Positions 37,066 through 56,164 of a stretch of 64,000 nt of DNA are shown in pieces. Within the stretch, counting starts at the first letter, position 1, and each line of letters starts with the position of its first letter. The stretch is from Candidatus Marinacidobacterium sp. (lineage in GTDB: Bacteria > Acidobacteriota > Vicinamibacteria > Marinacidobacterales > Marinacidobacteraceae): positions 2,592,001-2,656,000 of the forward strand of contig OZ244852.1 of the NCBI GenBank assembly GCA_965220965.1, read 5' to 3'. Both the position numbers and the translations under genes were made by a program. The notes under the pieces were generated by a model. That model saw only the letters and a list, made by a program, of their open reading frames with translations, searched no databases and had not been told where the DNA came from.

Positions 37066-38490
37066 GTGCCGCGCTCCGCCGCCGCCCGCGTTCCGGTGCG
37101 GTTCGTCTGTACGGATTGCGGTCAGGATCAGTCCCGCTGGATGGGGTACTGCCCGTCCTGCGGAAGCCGCACTCCGCTCGTCGAGGAGGCGGCTCCGCCC
37201 CCGGCGGCGACGAAAGGCGGCTGGCGTGACTTCGCCAGCGCCGGGGGGCCTTCGGAGCCGGTGCGCTGGAACGAGGTGGACGCCGCGGCGGCGCCGCGAC
37301 GTCCGCTCGGGATCGGAGAACTCGACCGGGTTCTCGGGGGCGGGATCGTTCCCGGCTCGGCGGTGCTCGTCGCCGGGGAGCCGGGCGCCGGCAAGAGCAC
37401 CCTCCTGCTCCAGCTCGCTGCGGCCGCCGCCGAAGGAACGACGCGTGCGGGCGGCCCGGAGTCCGGGCATCCTGTTCTCTATGTCAGCGGCGAGGAGTCC
37501 GAGAAGCAGCTCAAGCTCCGGGGCGACCGGCTGGGGCTCCACCCGGACAACCTGGTCCTCTACTGCGAGACCGCGGTCCCGAGCATCCTCGAGGCCGCCA
37601 GGCGGCTTCGCCCCGGTCTGCTGATCCTCGACTCGGTCCAGTGCGTTCACGCCCCCGAGGTCAGCGGAGCGCCCGGGACCGTGGCGCAGGTCCGCGAGGC
37701 GGCCGCCGCGCTCGTGGTCTACGCCAAGTCCAGCGGGAGCCCGGTCTTTCTGATCGGCCATGTGAACAAGGAAGGCTCGATCGCCGGTCCGCGCACCCTC
37801 GAGCACCTCGTTGACACCGTGCTCCACTTCGAGGGGGACCGCCGCCAGTCGCATCGGCTGCTTCGGGCGGTCAAGAACCGCTTCGGGGCCGCCGGCGAGC
37901 TGGGCGTCTTCGAGATGACCGGCAAGGGACTGGCGCCGGTCGCGAACCCCTCGCGGCTGTTTCTCGGTTCGGGAGCGCGCGGACCGGGCTCCGCCGTGGT
38001 CTGCACCCTCGAGGGGAACCGGCCGCTGCTCGCCGAGATCCAGGCGCTGCTCGCGGAGAGCCCGCTCGCCTACCCCCGGCGCGTCACCGTCGGCTTCGAC
38101 AGCGGGCGGCTTGCGGTCCTGCTCGCGGTCCTCGAGACCACGCTCGGCCGCGGTTTCGGCCGCTCCGATGTCTACGTCTCGGTGGGGGGCGGGCTGAGCG
38201 TCACCGAGCCCGCCGCCGATCTCGGGCTGCTCGCGGCGGTCGTCTCGCGCCACCGCGGGGAGCCGGCCCCCGAGGACGCGGTGTTCCTCGGTGAGATCGG
38301 CCTCTCCGGCGAGGTGCGCCCGGTCCATCGCGTCGCCGATCGTCTCCGGGAGGCCTCCCGCCTCGGCATCCGCCGGGCCGTCCTGAACCCGGAGGGCCTG
38401 CGGGACGGCGAGCGTCCCCGGAAGATGGAGATCCTGGCCTGCCAGACTCTCGACGAGGCCTTCGAGCCGGTCTTCGGGAGAAGCCGGTGA
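37066..38490 (+). CDS. radA: DNA repair protein RadA/Sms
   Basis: C4 zinc finger, GEPGAGKSTLL, SGEES, KNRFG. Confidence 0.96.
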   Translation: MPRSAAARVPVRFVCTDCGQDQSRWMGYCPSCGSRTPLVEEAAPPPAATKGGWRDFASAGGPSEPVRWNEVDAAAAPRRPLGIGELDRVLGGGIVPGSAVLVAGEPGAGKSTLLLQLAAAAAEGTTRAGGPESGHPVLYVSGEESEKQLKLRGDRLGLHPDNLVLYCETAVPSILEAARRLRPGLLILDSVQCVHAPEVSGAPGTVAQVREAAAALVVYAKSSGSPVFLIGHVNKEGSIAGPRTLEHLVDTVLHFEGDRRQSHRLLRAVKNRFGAAGELGVFEMTGKGLAPVANPSRLFLGSGARGPGSAVVCTLEGNRPLLAEIQALLAESPLAYPRRVTVGFDSGRLAVLLAVLETTLGRGFGRSDVYVSVGGGLSVTEPAADLGLLAAVVSRHRGEPAPEDAVFLGEIGLSGEVRPVHRVADRLREASRLGIRRAVLNPEGLRDGERPRKMEILACQTLDEAFEPVFGRSR

Positions 38491-39773
38491 CCTCGGCGCC
38501 CCCCCGGGTCGGCGCCGTCGTCGTGGCGGGCGGCGCCGGTCGCCGCTTCGGCGCCGAAGACAATGTTCCGAAGCAGTTCCGCCTGCTGGACGGTCGTCCG
38601 GTTGCGGTCCGGGCGGTGGACGCGGTGCTGGCGCACCCCTCGGTGGAGCGCGTCGTCCTCGTGCTTCCCGAGGAGGGGTTCGACCGCTGGCGGGACCTGG
38701 TGGCGCCATGCCTCGAGCGCGTTCCATCACCGCGGCGGGTCCGGTTCGTCCCCGGCGGGCGAACCCGGCAGGAGTCCTCGTGGCGCGGACTCGCCGCTCT
38801 GGACGAGGAATTTCCCGGTGGCGACGAGGGCGCGACCGACCTGGCGCTGGTGCACGACGCCGCGCGGCCCGGCGCGCCTCCCGACCTCGTGGAGCGGGTC
38901 GTCGCCGCGGCCGCGGCTCACGGGGCGGCGGTCCCGGTCGTGCGTCCGGCGGACACGCTCTGGCGCCTGGCGCCGGAAGGAACCGCCGACGGACGCCTCG
39001 ACCGGGCCGCCGTGGTCGCCGCCCAGACTCCCCAGGGCTTCCGGCGGGCGCTCCTGCGGGAAGCGCTCCGGAGCGCCGAGGCCGCCGGCTTCGAGGGGAC
39101 CGACGAGGCTTCGGCGGTGCGACGCGCCGGCCACCCGGTCCATGTGGTCGCCGGCAGCTCGAGGAACCTGAAGGTCACGACTCCGGACGACCTCGCGCTG
39201 CTCGAGGGGCTTGGTCGGCTGACCGCGCCCGTGGCGGGCCCGGCGGCGCCGCCCCGGATCGGCCACGGCTTCGACGCCCATCGCTACGGCGATCAGGGGG
39301 TCCTGGCGCTCGGTGGCCTCGTCTTTCCCGAGATGGGGGCGCTCCTCGGACACTCCGACGGGGACGCCGTGCTCCACGCGCTCACCGACGCCGTTCTCGG
39401 GGCGGTCGCCGGCCCGGACATCGGGTCGCTGTTCCCCTCCTCCGACCCGTCGCTCCGGGGCGCGGCCAGTCGCGAGTTCCTCGCCCGCGCGATCGGCATC
39501 GCCGAAGAAGCCGGGTTCCGGCCGGGACAGGCGGATCTCACCGTTATCGCCGAGCGGCCCCGCCTCGCTCCCCGTCGCGGCGAGATGCGTCGCAGCCTCG
39601 CCGGCCTTCTGGGAGTCCCGGAAAACGCCGTCGGGCTCAAGGCGACGACGACCGACGGCCTGGGCTTCGCCGGCCGGGGCGAGGGGCTCGCCGCGAGCGC
39701 GGTGGTTCGGCTCGACCCGTTGCCGGCGGCGGTGGACCCGGAGCGCGGCCCTGCGGCGTCCCCGGTCCCATGA
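38487..39773 (+). CDS. ispDF: Bifunctional IspD/IspF
   Basis: AGG.GRRFG..PKQF, VHDAARP, QTPQGF, NLKVTTPDDL; then GHGFDAH, GHSDGD..LHAL.DA, DIG..FP. Confidence 0.95.
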   Translation: MTSAPPRVGAVVVAGGAGRRFGAEDNVPKQFRLLDGRPVAVRAVDAVLAHPSVERVVLVLPEEGFDRWRDLVAPCLERVPSPRRVRFVPGGRTRQESSWRGLAALDEEFPGGDEGATDLALVHDAARPGAPPDLVERVVAAAAAHGAAVPVVRPADTLWRLAPEGTADGRLDRAAVVAAQTPQGFRRALLREALRSAEAAGFEGTDEASAVRRAGHPVHVVAGSSRNLKVTTPDDLALLEGLGRLTAPVAGPAAPPRIGHGFDAHRYGDQGVLALGGLVFPEMGALLGHSDGDAVLHALTDAVLGAVAGPDIGSLFPSSDPSLRGAASREFLARAIGIAEEAGFRPGQADLTVIAERPRLAPRRGEMRRSLAGLLGVPENAVGLKATTTDGLGFAGRGEGLAASAVVRLDPLPAAVDPERGPAASPVP

Positions 39774-40681
39774 GCGCGCCGCCCAAAGACGCGCGGCGAC
39801 GGCGCAATCGCGGTCCCGCCGGCAAGCGAACGGCGAAGAAGACCCGCGCGGCCTCCGGGTCCCGCGGCGGCGGGGCGCAGGAGCGGGACGCGGGGGCGCC
39901 GCTGTGGGTCTTCGGGCCGGCGCGCATCGAGGAAACGCTGGAGCGCATTCCCCGGCAGGTGCGCCGGGTGCTGGTCAGGACGGGTCGTCTCGAGCGACGC
40001 CACCAGGTCCTGGTGCAGATCGCCCGCGCGCGCGGCGTTCCGGTCCAGCGGGTCCCCAACCAGGATCTCGACCGGCGCGCCGCCGGCGGCCGCCACCAGG
40101 GGGCCGCCGCCGAGGTCTCCCCGGTGCGCTGGCTGACCCTCGGGGAGGTGCTGGAGGCCGACCCGCCCCCGAGGCTGCTGCTGCTGGCGGACCGCGTCGA
40201 GGATCCGCGGAACTTCGGCGCGCTCGTTCGGGCGGCGGACGGCGCCGGGGTGGATGCGGTGCTCGTGCCGCGCCGGGGGGCCGCGCCGCCATCCCCCGCC
40301 GCGGTGGCGGCGTCCGCGGGCGCCATCGCGAGGGTTCGGCTGGCGCGGGTTCCGGGGGCGGCGGCGGCGCTTCGGGCGCTCCGGGAGGCCGGATTCCGGA
40401 CGGTGGGGCTGACGCCGCGCGCCGCCACTCCCTGGCACGCCTTCGACTGGACCCGGGCGGCGGTTCTGGTCGTGGGGTCCGAAGGCCGGGGGCTCGGCGC
40501 CGGAGTGTCGAAGGAATGCGACACCCTGGTTTCGCTGCCCCAGTTGGGCGCCGCCCGGTCCCTGAATGTCTCGGTCGCCGCCGGGATCGTGCTCTACGAG
40601 GCGGTTCGGCAGCGGGGCGCCGGCTCGCCTCCGGCGGCGGCGGCGCCGCCGGCTGCCCGGCCGGACGGGAATCGCACTTGA
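39770..40681 (+). CDS. rlmB: 23S rRNA Gm2251 2'-O-methyltransferase (SpoU family)
   Basis: HQG, DPRNFGA..R, GSEGRGL, SLNVSVAAG. Confidence 0.9.
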   Translation: MSAPPKDARRRRNRGPAGKRTAKKTRAASGSRGGGAQERDAGAPLWVFGPARIEETLERIPRQVRRVLVRTGRLERRHQVLVQIARARGVPVQRVPNQDLDRRAAGGRHQGAAAEVSPVRWLTLGEVLEADPPPRLLLLADRVEDPRNFGALVRAADGAGVDAVLVPRRGAAPPSPAAVAASAGAIARVRLARVPGAAAALRALREAGFRTVGLTPRAATPWHAFDWTRAAVLVVGSEGRGLGAGVSKECDTLVSLPQLGAARSLNVSVAAGIVLYEAVRQRGAGSPPAAAAPPAARPDGNRT

Positions 40682-40707
40682 CCGGCGGCGCGCGCGCCTC
40701 CTATAAT
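40678..40707 (+). promoter_or_regulatory. Sigma70-type promoter of the tRNA-tuf operon
   Basis: TTGACC-18 nt-TATAAT, 19 nt upstream of tRNA-Thr. Confidence 0.8.
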
Positions 40708-40726
40708 CACGCGTTCGCCGGTGCAC

Positions 40727-40798
40727 GCTGGCGTAGCTCAGAGGCAGAGCAGCTGATTTGTAATCAGCCGGTCAAGGGTTCAACTCCCTTCGCCAGCT
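40727..40798 (+). tRNA. tRNA-Thr(TGT)
   Basis: Acceptor GCTGGCG/CGCCAGC; anticodon arm CTGAT-TTGTAA-TCAG. Confidence 0.95.
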
Positions 40799-41085
40799 CC
40801 GGACCGGTTCGCGGAACGGGGTGGCGGATGCGGGTCGGGTCCGCGGCCGGGTGGAATGACCGGCCGTAGCTGGTTCAGACAGCCGCCTTGGTCCGATGCG
40901 GCGCCTGTAGCGGGTGGGAACGCCCGGTGGCGGCGCTGCGACGGGCCGCCTCCGGGAGACGCCGACCGAATCGGCGCGTGGCGGCGTCGTCCGCCGGGGA
41001 TTTTCCGCTCCCCTCCCTCCCGGCCGACGCACCGGGTGGGGAGTCGGAGCACGGAGCAGTCAGAACGAACCGAGGAGCGCTTCTG

Positions 41086-41172
41086 GGAGCGGTAGCGAAG
41101 CGGCCAAACGCAGCAGGCTGTAAACCTGCCGGCTCGATGCCTTCGGAGGTTCGAATCCTCCCCGCTCCACCA
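41086..41172 (+). tRNA. tRNA-Tyr(GTA)
   Basis: Acceptor GGAGCGG/CCGCTCC, arm GCAGG-CTGTAAA-CCTGC, long variable arm, ACCA end. Confidence 0.96.
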
Positions 41173-41367
41173 CGCCCCGCGGCCCCTTCCCGCCCCTCAC
41201 GCCTTCCTCGCACGAACGCCGACTCCGGCCCCCGCCTTCTTCCTTCCATGATCCCCCGGCCCGACCCTCCCCGCAGCCCGTCACTCCGGGGAGCGTCCGC
41301 CCTGCGGCGTGGAAGGACCAGGCAGCGGTTCCCCCGCACTGGCCGGTCCTTCGTTTCCAGTTTCGAC

Positions 41368-41443
41368 GCGGGAGTAGCTCAGTTGGCAGAGCATCAGCCT
41401 TCCAAGCTGAGGGTCGCGGGTTCGAGGCCCGTCTCCCGCTCCA
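41368..41443 (+). tRNA. tRNA-Gly(TCC)
   Basis: Acceptor GCGGGAG/CTCCCGC, arm TCAGC-CTTCCAA-GCTGA, CCA end. Confidence 0.96.
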
Positions 41444-41500
41444 TTTCGGGCCGGAACGCCTTCCGGCCTGTGGCGGAGGACGCGAGCGTCCCCCGTTTTT

Positions 41501-41575
<75 letters not shown>

Positions 41576-41654
41576 CTCCAATCCTCCCCGGGCGCCGCGA
41601 GCGCTGAACGGGGACGGTCCGACTTCCCGACCCGGCAGCCAAGGAGAAAGCCAG

Positions 41655-42845
41655 ATGGCCAAGGAGAAGTTTCAGCGCACGAAACCTCACGTGAACGTGG
41701 GGACCATCGGGCACGTCGATCACGGCAAGACCACGCTCACCGCGGCGATCACCAAGGTCCTCGCGGCGCAGAGCGGCGGTGAGTTCCGCTCGTTCGACTC
41801 GATCGACAACGCTCCGGAGGAGCGTGAGCGCGGCATCACGATCGCGACCGCGCATGTGGAGTACGAGACCGCGAACCGGCACTACGCCCACGTGGACTGC
41901 CCCGGTCACGCTGACTACATCAAGAACATGATCACCGGCGCGGCGCAGATGGACGGCGCGGTGCTGCTGATCTCGGCGCCGGACGGTCCCCAGGCCCAGA
42001 CGCGGGAGCACATCCTGCTCGCCCGGCAGGTGGGCGTGCCGAGGATCGTCGTCTTCCTGAACAAGGTGGACATGCTGGATGACGAGGAGCTTCTCGAGCT
42101 GGTCGAGCTCGAGGTGCGCGAGCTGCTCTCCGAGTACGACTTCCCTGGCGACGACATCCCGGTCATCCGGGGCAGCGCCCTGACGGCGCTGAACGCCGAT
42201 GGCGGCGACGACTGGAAGCCGATCCTCGAGCTGGCGGCGGCGCTCGACGACTACGTGCCGGTGCCCGACCGCGCCATCGACAAGCCCTACCTGATGCCGA
42301 TCGAGGATGTCTTCTCGATTTCGGGTCGGGGCACGGTCGTGACCGGCCGGATCGAGCGCGGCCAGGTCCACGTCCAGGAGGAAGTCGAGATCGTCGGAAT
42401 CCGGGAGACCAGGAAGCGCGTGGTCACCGGCGTCGAGATGTTCAAGAAGCTGCTCGACGAGGGGCAGGCTGGCGACAACGTCGGGATCCTGCTTCGGGGC
42501 ACCGACCGGCGTGACGTGGAGCGCGGCATGGTGCTGGCGAAGCCCGGCTCCATCACCCCGCACCGGAAGTTCCGCTCCGAGGTCTATGTCCTCTCCAAGG
42601 AGGAGGGCGGTCGCGAGAAGCCGTTCAAGGCCGGCTATCGCCCGCAGTTCTACTTCCGGACGACGGACGTGACCGGCGCGGCCAGCTTCGTGGATCCGGA
42701 TCGGCAGGTCGCCATGCCCGGGGACAACCTGCAGCTCGAGGTCGAGCTGATCACCCCGATCGCCATGGACAAGGGACTCCGGTTCGCCATCCGCGAGGGT
42801 GGCCGGACGGTGGCCTCCGGCGTGACCACGGAGATCCTGGACTAG
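41655..42845 (+). CDS. tuf: Elongation factor Tu
   Basis: [40 protein letters not shown]. Confidence 0.98.
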   Translation: MAKEKFQRTKPHVNVGTIGHVDHGKTTLTAAITKVLAAQSGGEFRSFDSIDNAPEERERGITIATAHVEYETANRHYAHVDCPGHADYIKNMITGAAQMDGAVLLISAPDGPQAQTREHILLARQVGVPRIVVFLNKVDMLDDEELLELVELEVRELLSEYDFPGDDIPVIRGSALTALNADGGDDWKPILELAAALDDYVPVPDRAIDKPYLMPIEDVFSISGRGTVVTGRIERGQVHVQEEVEIVGIRETRKRVVTGVEMFKKLLDEGQAGDNVGILLRGTDRRDVERGMVLAKPGSITPHRKFRSEVYVLSKEEGGREKPFKAGYRPQFYFRTTDVTGAASFVDPDRQVAMPGDNLQLEVELITPIAMDKGLRFAIREGGRTVASGVTTEILD

Positions 42846-42884
42846 GGCTCTTCCGACAGAGCCACAACCGGGTGCGAGGGCGCC

Positions 42885-43052
42885 ATGCCGCAGGACAAGA
42901 GAAAGAGGCAGCAGGTCACTCTGGCGTGTACGGACTGCAAGCGGCGCACTTACAGCACGACGAAGAACCGCACGTCGCATCCCGGACGCATGGAGCTCAG
43001 GAAGTACTGTCGCTTCTGTCGCACCCATGTGCTCCATCGGGAGACGCGATGA
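42885..43052 (+). CDS. rpmG: 50S ribosomal protein bL33 (Zn-ribbon type; below the ORF-track size cutoff)
   Basis: Hand translation [55 protein letters not shown]. Confidence 0.95.
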   Translation: MPQDKRKRQQVTLACTDCKRRTYSTTKNRTSHPGRMELRKYCRFCRTHVLHRETR

Positions 43053-43073
43053 CGATGTTCCGCGGGAGCGGGA

Positions 43074-43149
43074 AGGCCAGTAGCTCAATTGGCAGAGCAC
43101 CGGTCTCCAAAACCGGGGGTTGGGGGTTCGAGCCCCTCCTGGCCTGCCA
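43074..43149 (+). tRNA. tRNA-Trp(CCA)
   Basis: Acceptor AGGCCAG/CTGGCCT, arm CCGGT-CTCCAAA-ACCGG, CCA end. Confidence 0.96.
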
Positions 43150-43218
43150 CCCCCGCTCCGGCCCGGGACCGCTGCGCTGGCGGCCCGGGATCGGAGCGTC
43201 CGGGGAGGGACCGCTGGC

Positions 43219-43434
43219 ATGAGCCGCCTGACCGAGCGCGCCGGCGCGGTGCGCGGTTTTCTCGACGAGGTTCGCGCCGAAGTCGGCAAGGTGACGTGGC
43301 CCACTCGCAACGAGGTCCGCGGCACGACGATCATCGTCCTGATCACCGTGTTCTTCTTCGGCTTCTACCTCTACGGACTCGACGTCGTCATGTCCTACAT
43401 CTCGTCCTTCGTGACCGGTCTGATCGAGGGCTGA
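43219..43434 (+). CDS. secE: Preprotein translocase subunit SecE
   Basis: FLDEVRAEVGKVTWP followed by one TM helix. Confidence 0.95.
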   Translation: MSRLTERAGAVRGFLDEVRAEVGKVTWPTRNEVRGTTIIVLITVFFFGFYLYGLDVVMSYISSFVTGLIEG

Positions 43435-43967
43435 TGGAGATGGCGAGAGAGTGGTACATCGTGTCCACGCACTCCAAGTTCGAGGAGAGCGTGCGCGATG
43501 CGCTTCGCCACCGCGCCCGCGCCTACGGCCTCGCCGGGCAGATCGGCGAGATCCTGATCCCGACCGAGAAAGTCGTGGAGATGCGCGGGGGGCGGCGGGT
43601 GGTCACCACGAAGCAGGTGTACCCCGGCTACGTGCTCGTCAACATGGAGATGAACGCCGACACCTGGCAGGTCGTCAAGAACACCGACAAGGTCATGGGC
43701 TTCGTGCCGCCGCACAAGCCCCAGCCGATGCCGGAGGACGATGTGGTCCGCATCCGGAGCCAGATGGAGGACGCCAGCCAGGCGCCCAAGTTGCGTCACA
43801 CCTACCAGCCGGGAGAATCGGTGCGCATCATCCACGGTCCGTTCAACGGCTTCCAGGGGGTCGTGGACGATGTCGACGCGGACCGCAACAAGCTGAAGGT
43901 CATGGTCACGATCTTCGGGCGCTCCACGCCGGTGGAGCTCGAGTTCCTCGAGGTGGAAAAGACATGA
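43434..43967 (+). CDS. nusG: Transcription termination/antitermination factor NusG
   Basis: [32 protein letters not shown]. Confidence 0.97.
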   Translation: MEMAREWYIVSTHSKFEESVRDALRHRARAYGLAGQIGEILIPTEKVVEMRGGRRVVTTKQVYPGYVLVNMEMNADTWQVVKNTDKVMGFVPPHKPQPMPEDDVVRIRSQMEDASQAPKLRHTYQPGESVRIIHGPFNGFQGVVDDVDADRNKLKVMVTIFGRSTPVELEFLEVEKT

Positions 43968-44001
43968 GCCGGGGCAGCCGGGCCTCACGGGGGGTCTCCC
44001 G

Positions 44002-44421
44002 ATGAAGAAAGTGCTCGCGATGGCGAAGCTGCAGCTCCCGGGAGGCAAGGCCACGCCTGCGCCTCCGGTGGGCCCGGCCCTCGGTCAGCACGGGATCAAC
44101 ATCGTCGAGTTCTGCAAGTCCTTCAACGCGAAGACCCAGAACGACGTCGGCATGATCATTCCCTGCGTCGTGACCGTCTTCCAGGACCGGTCCTTCAGCT
44201 TCATCACGAAGACGCCCCCCGCCGCCGCCCTGCTCAAGAAGGCGGCCGGAATCGCCAAGGGATCGGGCATCCCGAACCGCGACCGGGTGGGGACGGTGAC
44301 GCCCGCTCAGGTCGAGGAGATCGCGAAGATCAAGATGCCCGACCTGAACGCGGTGGATCTCCAGGCCGCCCGACGCATCGTGGAAGGCACCGCCCGCAGC
44401 ATGGGGATCGCGGTCGAGTAA
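44002..44421 (+). CDS. rplK: 50S ribosomal protein uL11
   Basis: [22 protein letters not shown]. Confidence 0.98.
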   Translation: MKKVLAMAKLQLPGGKATPAPPVGPALGQHGINIVEFCKSFNAKTQNDVGMIIPCVVTVFQDRSFSFITKTPPAAALLKKAAGIAKGSGIPNRDRVGTVTPAQVEEIAKIKMPDLNAVDLQAARRIVEGTARSMGIAVE

Positions 44422-44483
44422 CGGAGTCGCATCCGAGCCAGTCCAGGGGAATCCGCAGGCAGATACCAGAGGCCGTTCGCATC

Positions 44484-45176
44484 ATGGGTCAGAAATACAC
44501 GAAGGCGAGAGAAGAGCTCGGCGGCGCCGAGCCCGAGACGCTCACCGAAGCGTTCGGCGCGCTGCAGCGCGCCAGCTTCGCGCGATTCGACGAGACCGCC
44601 GAAATCGCGCTCCGCCTGGGCGTCGACCCGCGTCACGCCGACCAGATGGTTCGGGGAACGGTCGTGCTGCCCCATGGCCTCGGCATCTCCCGGCGGGTCG
44701 CAGTGGTCGCCTCCGGAGAGAAAGTCAAGGAAGCGGAAGAGGCCGGCGCCGATCTGGTGGGTGGAGAGGACCTGGTGAAGCGCATCCAGGGCGGTTTCCT
44801 CGACTTCGAGGCCGTGGTCGCCACTCCCGACATGATGCGGTCCGTGGGGAAACTGGGCCGGGTCCTGGGACCGCGGGGGATGATGCCGAACCCGAAGTCG
44901 GGGACGATCACCTTCGACGTGGCGGCGGCGGTCCGCGACATCAAGGCCGGGAAGGTCAACTACCGGGTGGACAAGACCTCGAACCTGCACGCCCCGGTCG
45001 GAAAGCTGTCGTTCTCCGCGGAGTCGCTCGCCGAGAACACGATGGCGCTGGTGCAGGCGGTGATCCGCCAGCGGCCGGCCGCCGCCAAGGGCCGCTTCAT
45101 CCGCAGCGTCGCCCTCAGTTCCACGATGAGTCCCGGACTCTCCATCAATCCGGCCCTGGTGGGCGCCACCAGGTAG
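44484..45176 (+). CDS. rplA: 50S ribosomal protein uL1
   Basis: [25 protein letters not shown]. Confidence 0.98.
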   Translation: MGQKYTKAREELGGAEPETLTEAFGALQRASFARFDETAEIALRLGVDPRHADQMVRGTVVLPHGLGISRRVAVVASGEKVKEAEEAGADLVGGEDLVKRIQGGFLDFEAVVATPDMMRSVGKLGRVLGPRGMMPNPKSGTITFDVAAAVRDIKAGKVNYRVDKTSNLHAPVGKLSFSAESLAENTMALVQAVIRQRPAAAKGRFIRSVALSSTMSPGLSINPALVGATR

Positions 45177-45200
45177 TCGCACCGAAGGTCCCGACCCGAC

Positions 45201-45740
45201 ATGCAGCGCGTTGAGAAAGTCAGGAGCGCCGAGGAGCTCGCGGGTGTGCTGCGCGAGCCGGCGGCCCTCTTTTCCTTCGACTTCCGCGGCCTGAGCGTCG
45301 CTCAGGTCACCGACCTCCGCCGGCGCGTCCGGGAGGCGGGCGGTCAGTACCGGGTGGTCAAGAACTCGACGGCGCGCTGGGCCTTCCGGGATGCGGGCAT
45401 CACCGGGCTCGACGATCACCTCGTCGGCATGACCGGTCTCGCGTGGGCCGAGGCCGACCCGGCGTCGCTCGCCAAGGTCCTTCACGAGACCGCGAAGGAT
45501 CTGGAAGGCCTCCGGTTCAAGGGAGGCGTCGTCCAGGCGCGCGCGCTGGACGAGCAGGCCTTCGAGGCGCTGGCGAAGCTCCCCGGCGAAGACGTGCTTC
45601 GGACGCAGGTCGTTTCGCTCATCGCCGCGCCGATCCGCAACCTCATGAATGTGCTGGAAGGCGTGCCCCGCAAACTCGTTCTCGTCCTCAAGGCCGCCGA
45701 GGCCAGCAAAGCGGAGGGAGAGGGGGGCCAGGCCGGCTGA
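45201..45740 (+). CDS. rplJ: 50S ribosomal protein uL10
   Basis: DFRGLSV...LRR, VVKNS, LAKLP; position between rplA and rplL. Confidence 0.95.
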   Translation: MQRVEKVRSAEELAGVLREPAALFSFDFRGLSVAQVTDLRRRVREAGGQYRVVKNSTARWAFRDAGITGLDDHLVGMTGLAWAEADPASLAKVLHETAKDLEGLRFKGGVVQARALDEQAFEALAKLPGEDVLRTQVVSLIAAPIRNLMNVLEGVPRKLVLVLKAAEASKAEGEGGQAG

Positions 45741-45808
45741 GCCCGGGTCGCCCCTCTTCCTTTGCGCCAACAATTTCCGTCCAGAACCCAAGGAGTAGAT
45801 GACCCGTC

Positions 45809-46189
45809 ATGGCCCTGAATCAGCAGGATGTCGTCAACCACATCAAGTCCCTCACTGTGCTCGAGCTGGCCGACCTGGTCAAGGCGCTCGAGGAGGAACT
45901 CGGGGTTTCCGCCGCGGCCGCCATGCCCGTCGCCGTGGCCGGCGACGCCGGCGGCCAGGCGGCCGCCGCCGAGGAGCAGACAGAGTTCGACGCGGTTCTC
46001 GCCGATACCGGCCCGAACCGGGTTCAGGTGATCAAGGCGGTCCGCGAGATCACCAGCCTCGGCCTCCGGGAGGCCAAGGGACTCGTCGAAGAGGCGCCGA
46101 AGCCGGTGAAGGAGGGCATTTCCAAGGAGGAGGCCGAAGAAATCGCGGCCCGCTTCGAGAAGGTGGGGGCCAGGATCGAGATCAAGTAG
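45809..46189 (+). CDS. rplL: 50S ribosomal protein bL12
   Basis: [29 protein letters not shown]. Confidence 0.97.
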   Translation: MALNQQDVVNHIKSLTVLELADLVKALEEELGVSAAAAMPVAVAGDAGGQAAAAEEQTEFDAVLADTGPNRVQVIKAVREITSLGLREAKGLVEEAPKPVKEGISKEEAEEIAARFEKVGARIEIK

Positions 46190-46371
46190 GCGGGCGCATG
46201 CCGCTGTCCCGCCCGCATCCCTCGACGCCTCCCGTCGGGGCCGCGCCGCCGGTCCCGTCGTCTTCCCCCTTTCCGCTCCTGACGCGCCCTACGACTCCCT
46301 TCCCGTCGGATTTGCTTCCGAACCTCCGGCCGCATCCTCCCCGGCCCGGGGCCTGACCGAGGCCCGCCTCC

Positions 46372-50595
<4,224 letters not shown>

Positions 50596-50618
50596 CGCGG
50601 CGCGGGAGGAGTACGACA

Positions 50619-54962
<4,344 letters not shown>

Positions 54963-54999
54963 GCCGCCCGGGAAGGGGGGTCCGCCGGGGAATTCGCGT

Positions 55000-55029
55000 T
55001 TGACTGCGGCGCGCCGCGGAACGTAGAAT
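55000..55029 (+). promoter_or_regulatory. Sigma70-type promoter of the str/S10 cluster
   Basis: TTGACT-18 nt-TAGAAT upstream of rpsL. Confidence 0.75.
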
Positions 55030-55208
55030 CCCCGGTTCCCGCTCAGGCTTCACGAACAGGTTTCACGCGCCCGAGCAACCACGCCTCACCGGGCGTGACG
55101 CCGCGGATCGGCTGGTCCGAGCACCCTTGGGATGTGTGCGGTGGCGCGTTGTGAAGACAGCTTCCCTCCGTCCGGAGGACCTTTCCCGTCCCGGGATCTG
55201 AAATATCC

Positions 55209-55583
55209 ATGCCCACGATCCATCAGCTCGTTCGCCAAGGCAGAAAACGCATGGCGCCCGGCACCGACTCGCCGGCCCTCCAGCGTTGCCCGCAGCGACG
55301 GGGGGTGTGTGTCCGGGTCTTCACCATCAACCCCAAGAAGCCCAACTCCGCGCTCCGCAAGGTCGCCCGCGTCCGCCTCACGAACGGAATCGAGGTGACG
55401 ACCTACATTCCGGGGGTCGGCCACACCCTGCAGGAGCACTCGATCGTGCTGATCCGCGGCGGCCGCGTGAAGGATCTTCCCGGCGTCCGGTACCACGTGA
55501 TCCGGGGCGCGCTCGACGCTGTGGGCGTGGACGGCCGCAAGAACGCCCGGTCCAAGTACGGCGCGAAGCGCCCCAAGGCCTGA
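55209..55583 (+). CDS. rpsL: 30S ribosomal protein uS12
   Basis: [22 protein letters not shown]. Confidence 0.98.
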   Translation: MPTIHQLVRQGRKRMAPGTDSPALQRCPQRRGVCVRVFTINPKKPNSALRKVARVRLTNGIEVTTYIPGVGHTLQEHSIVLIRGGRVKDLPGVRYHVIRGALDAVGVDGRKNARSKYGAKRPKA

Positions 55584-55610
55584 GCCCGCCGAGTTCCGAG
55601 GTCTCCACCC

Positions 55611-56081
55611 ATGTCCCGTCGCCGCGATGTGCCGAAACGGCCGCCCGTGCCCGACCCCCGGTTCCAGAGCGGCCTGGTCTCTTCCTTCATCAACAAGGTG
55701 ATGAAGGACGGCAAGAAGTCGACGGCCGAGCGGATCGTGTACGGAGCGTTCGAGCAGATCCGCGAGAAGACCGACGGGGATCCGCTGAGCACCTTCCGGG
55801 AGGCGGTTCAGAACGTGAAGCCCTCCCTCGAAGTCAAGAGCCGGCGAAAGGGCGGAGCCAACGTCCAGGTCCCCTATGAGGTGCGTCCGGAGCGCAAGAC
55901 CTCCCTGTCGCTCCGCTGGCTCGTGGACTACGCGCGCCGCCGACCGGAGAAGACGATGGTCGAACGGCTCGCCGGCGAACTCCTCGACGCTTCCCAGAAT
56001 CGCGGCGGAGCCGTCAAGAAGCGCGAGGACACTCACAAGATGGCGGAGGCGAACAAGGCGTTCGCCCATCACCGCTGGTGA
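55611..56081 (+). CDS. rpsG: 30S ribosomal protein uS7
   Basis: [23 protein letters not shown]. Confidence 0.98.
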   Translation: MSRRRDVPKRPPVPDPRFQSGLVSSFINKVMKDGKKSTAERIVYGAFEQIREKTDGDPLSTFREAVQNVKPSLEVKSRRKGGANVQVPYEVRPERKTSLSLRWLVDYARRRPEKTMVERLAGELLDASQNRGGAVKKREDTHKMAEANKAFAHHRW

Positions 56082-56164
56082 CCCTCCCCCAGCCCGCGCC
56101 TGCCTCTCCCCTTCTCACCGACCACCCACTCCCCTGTCTCCCGAGCAGACCCCTCCGCTCCATC

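Noticed and set aside
40840-40930. Hairpin with TCA in a 7-nt loop (GCTG-GTTCAGA-CAGC), considered as tRNA-Sec
   Set aside because: No T-arm, acceptor stem or Sec-type D-arm can be built around it
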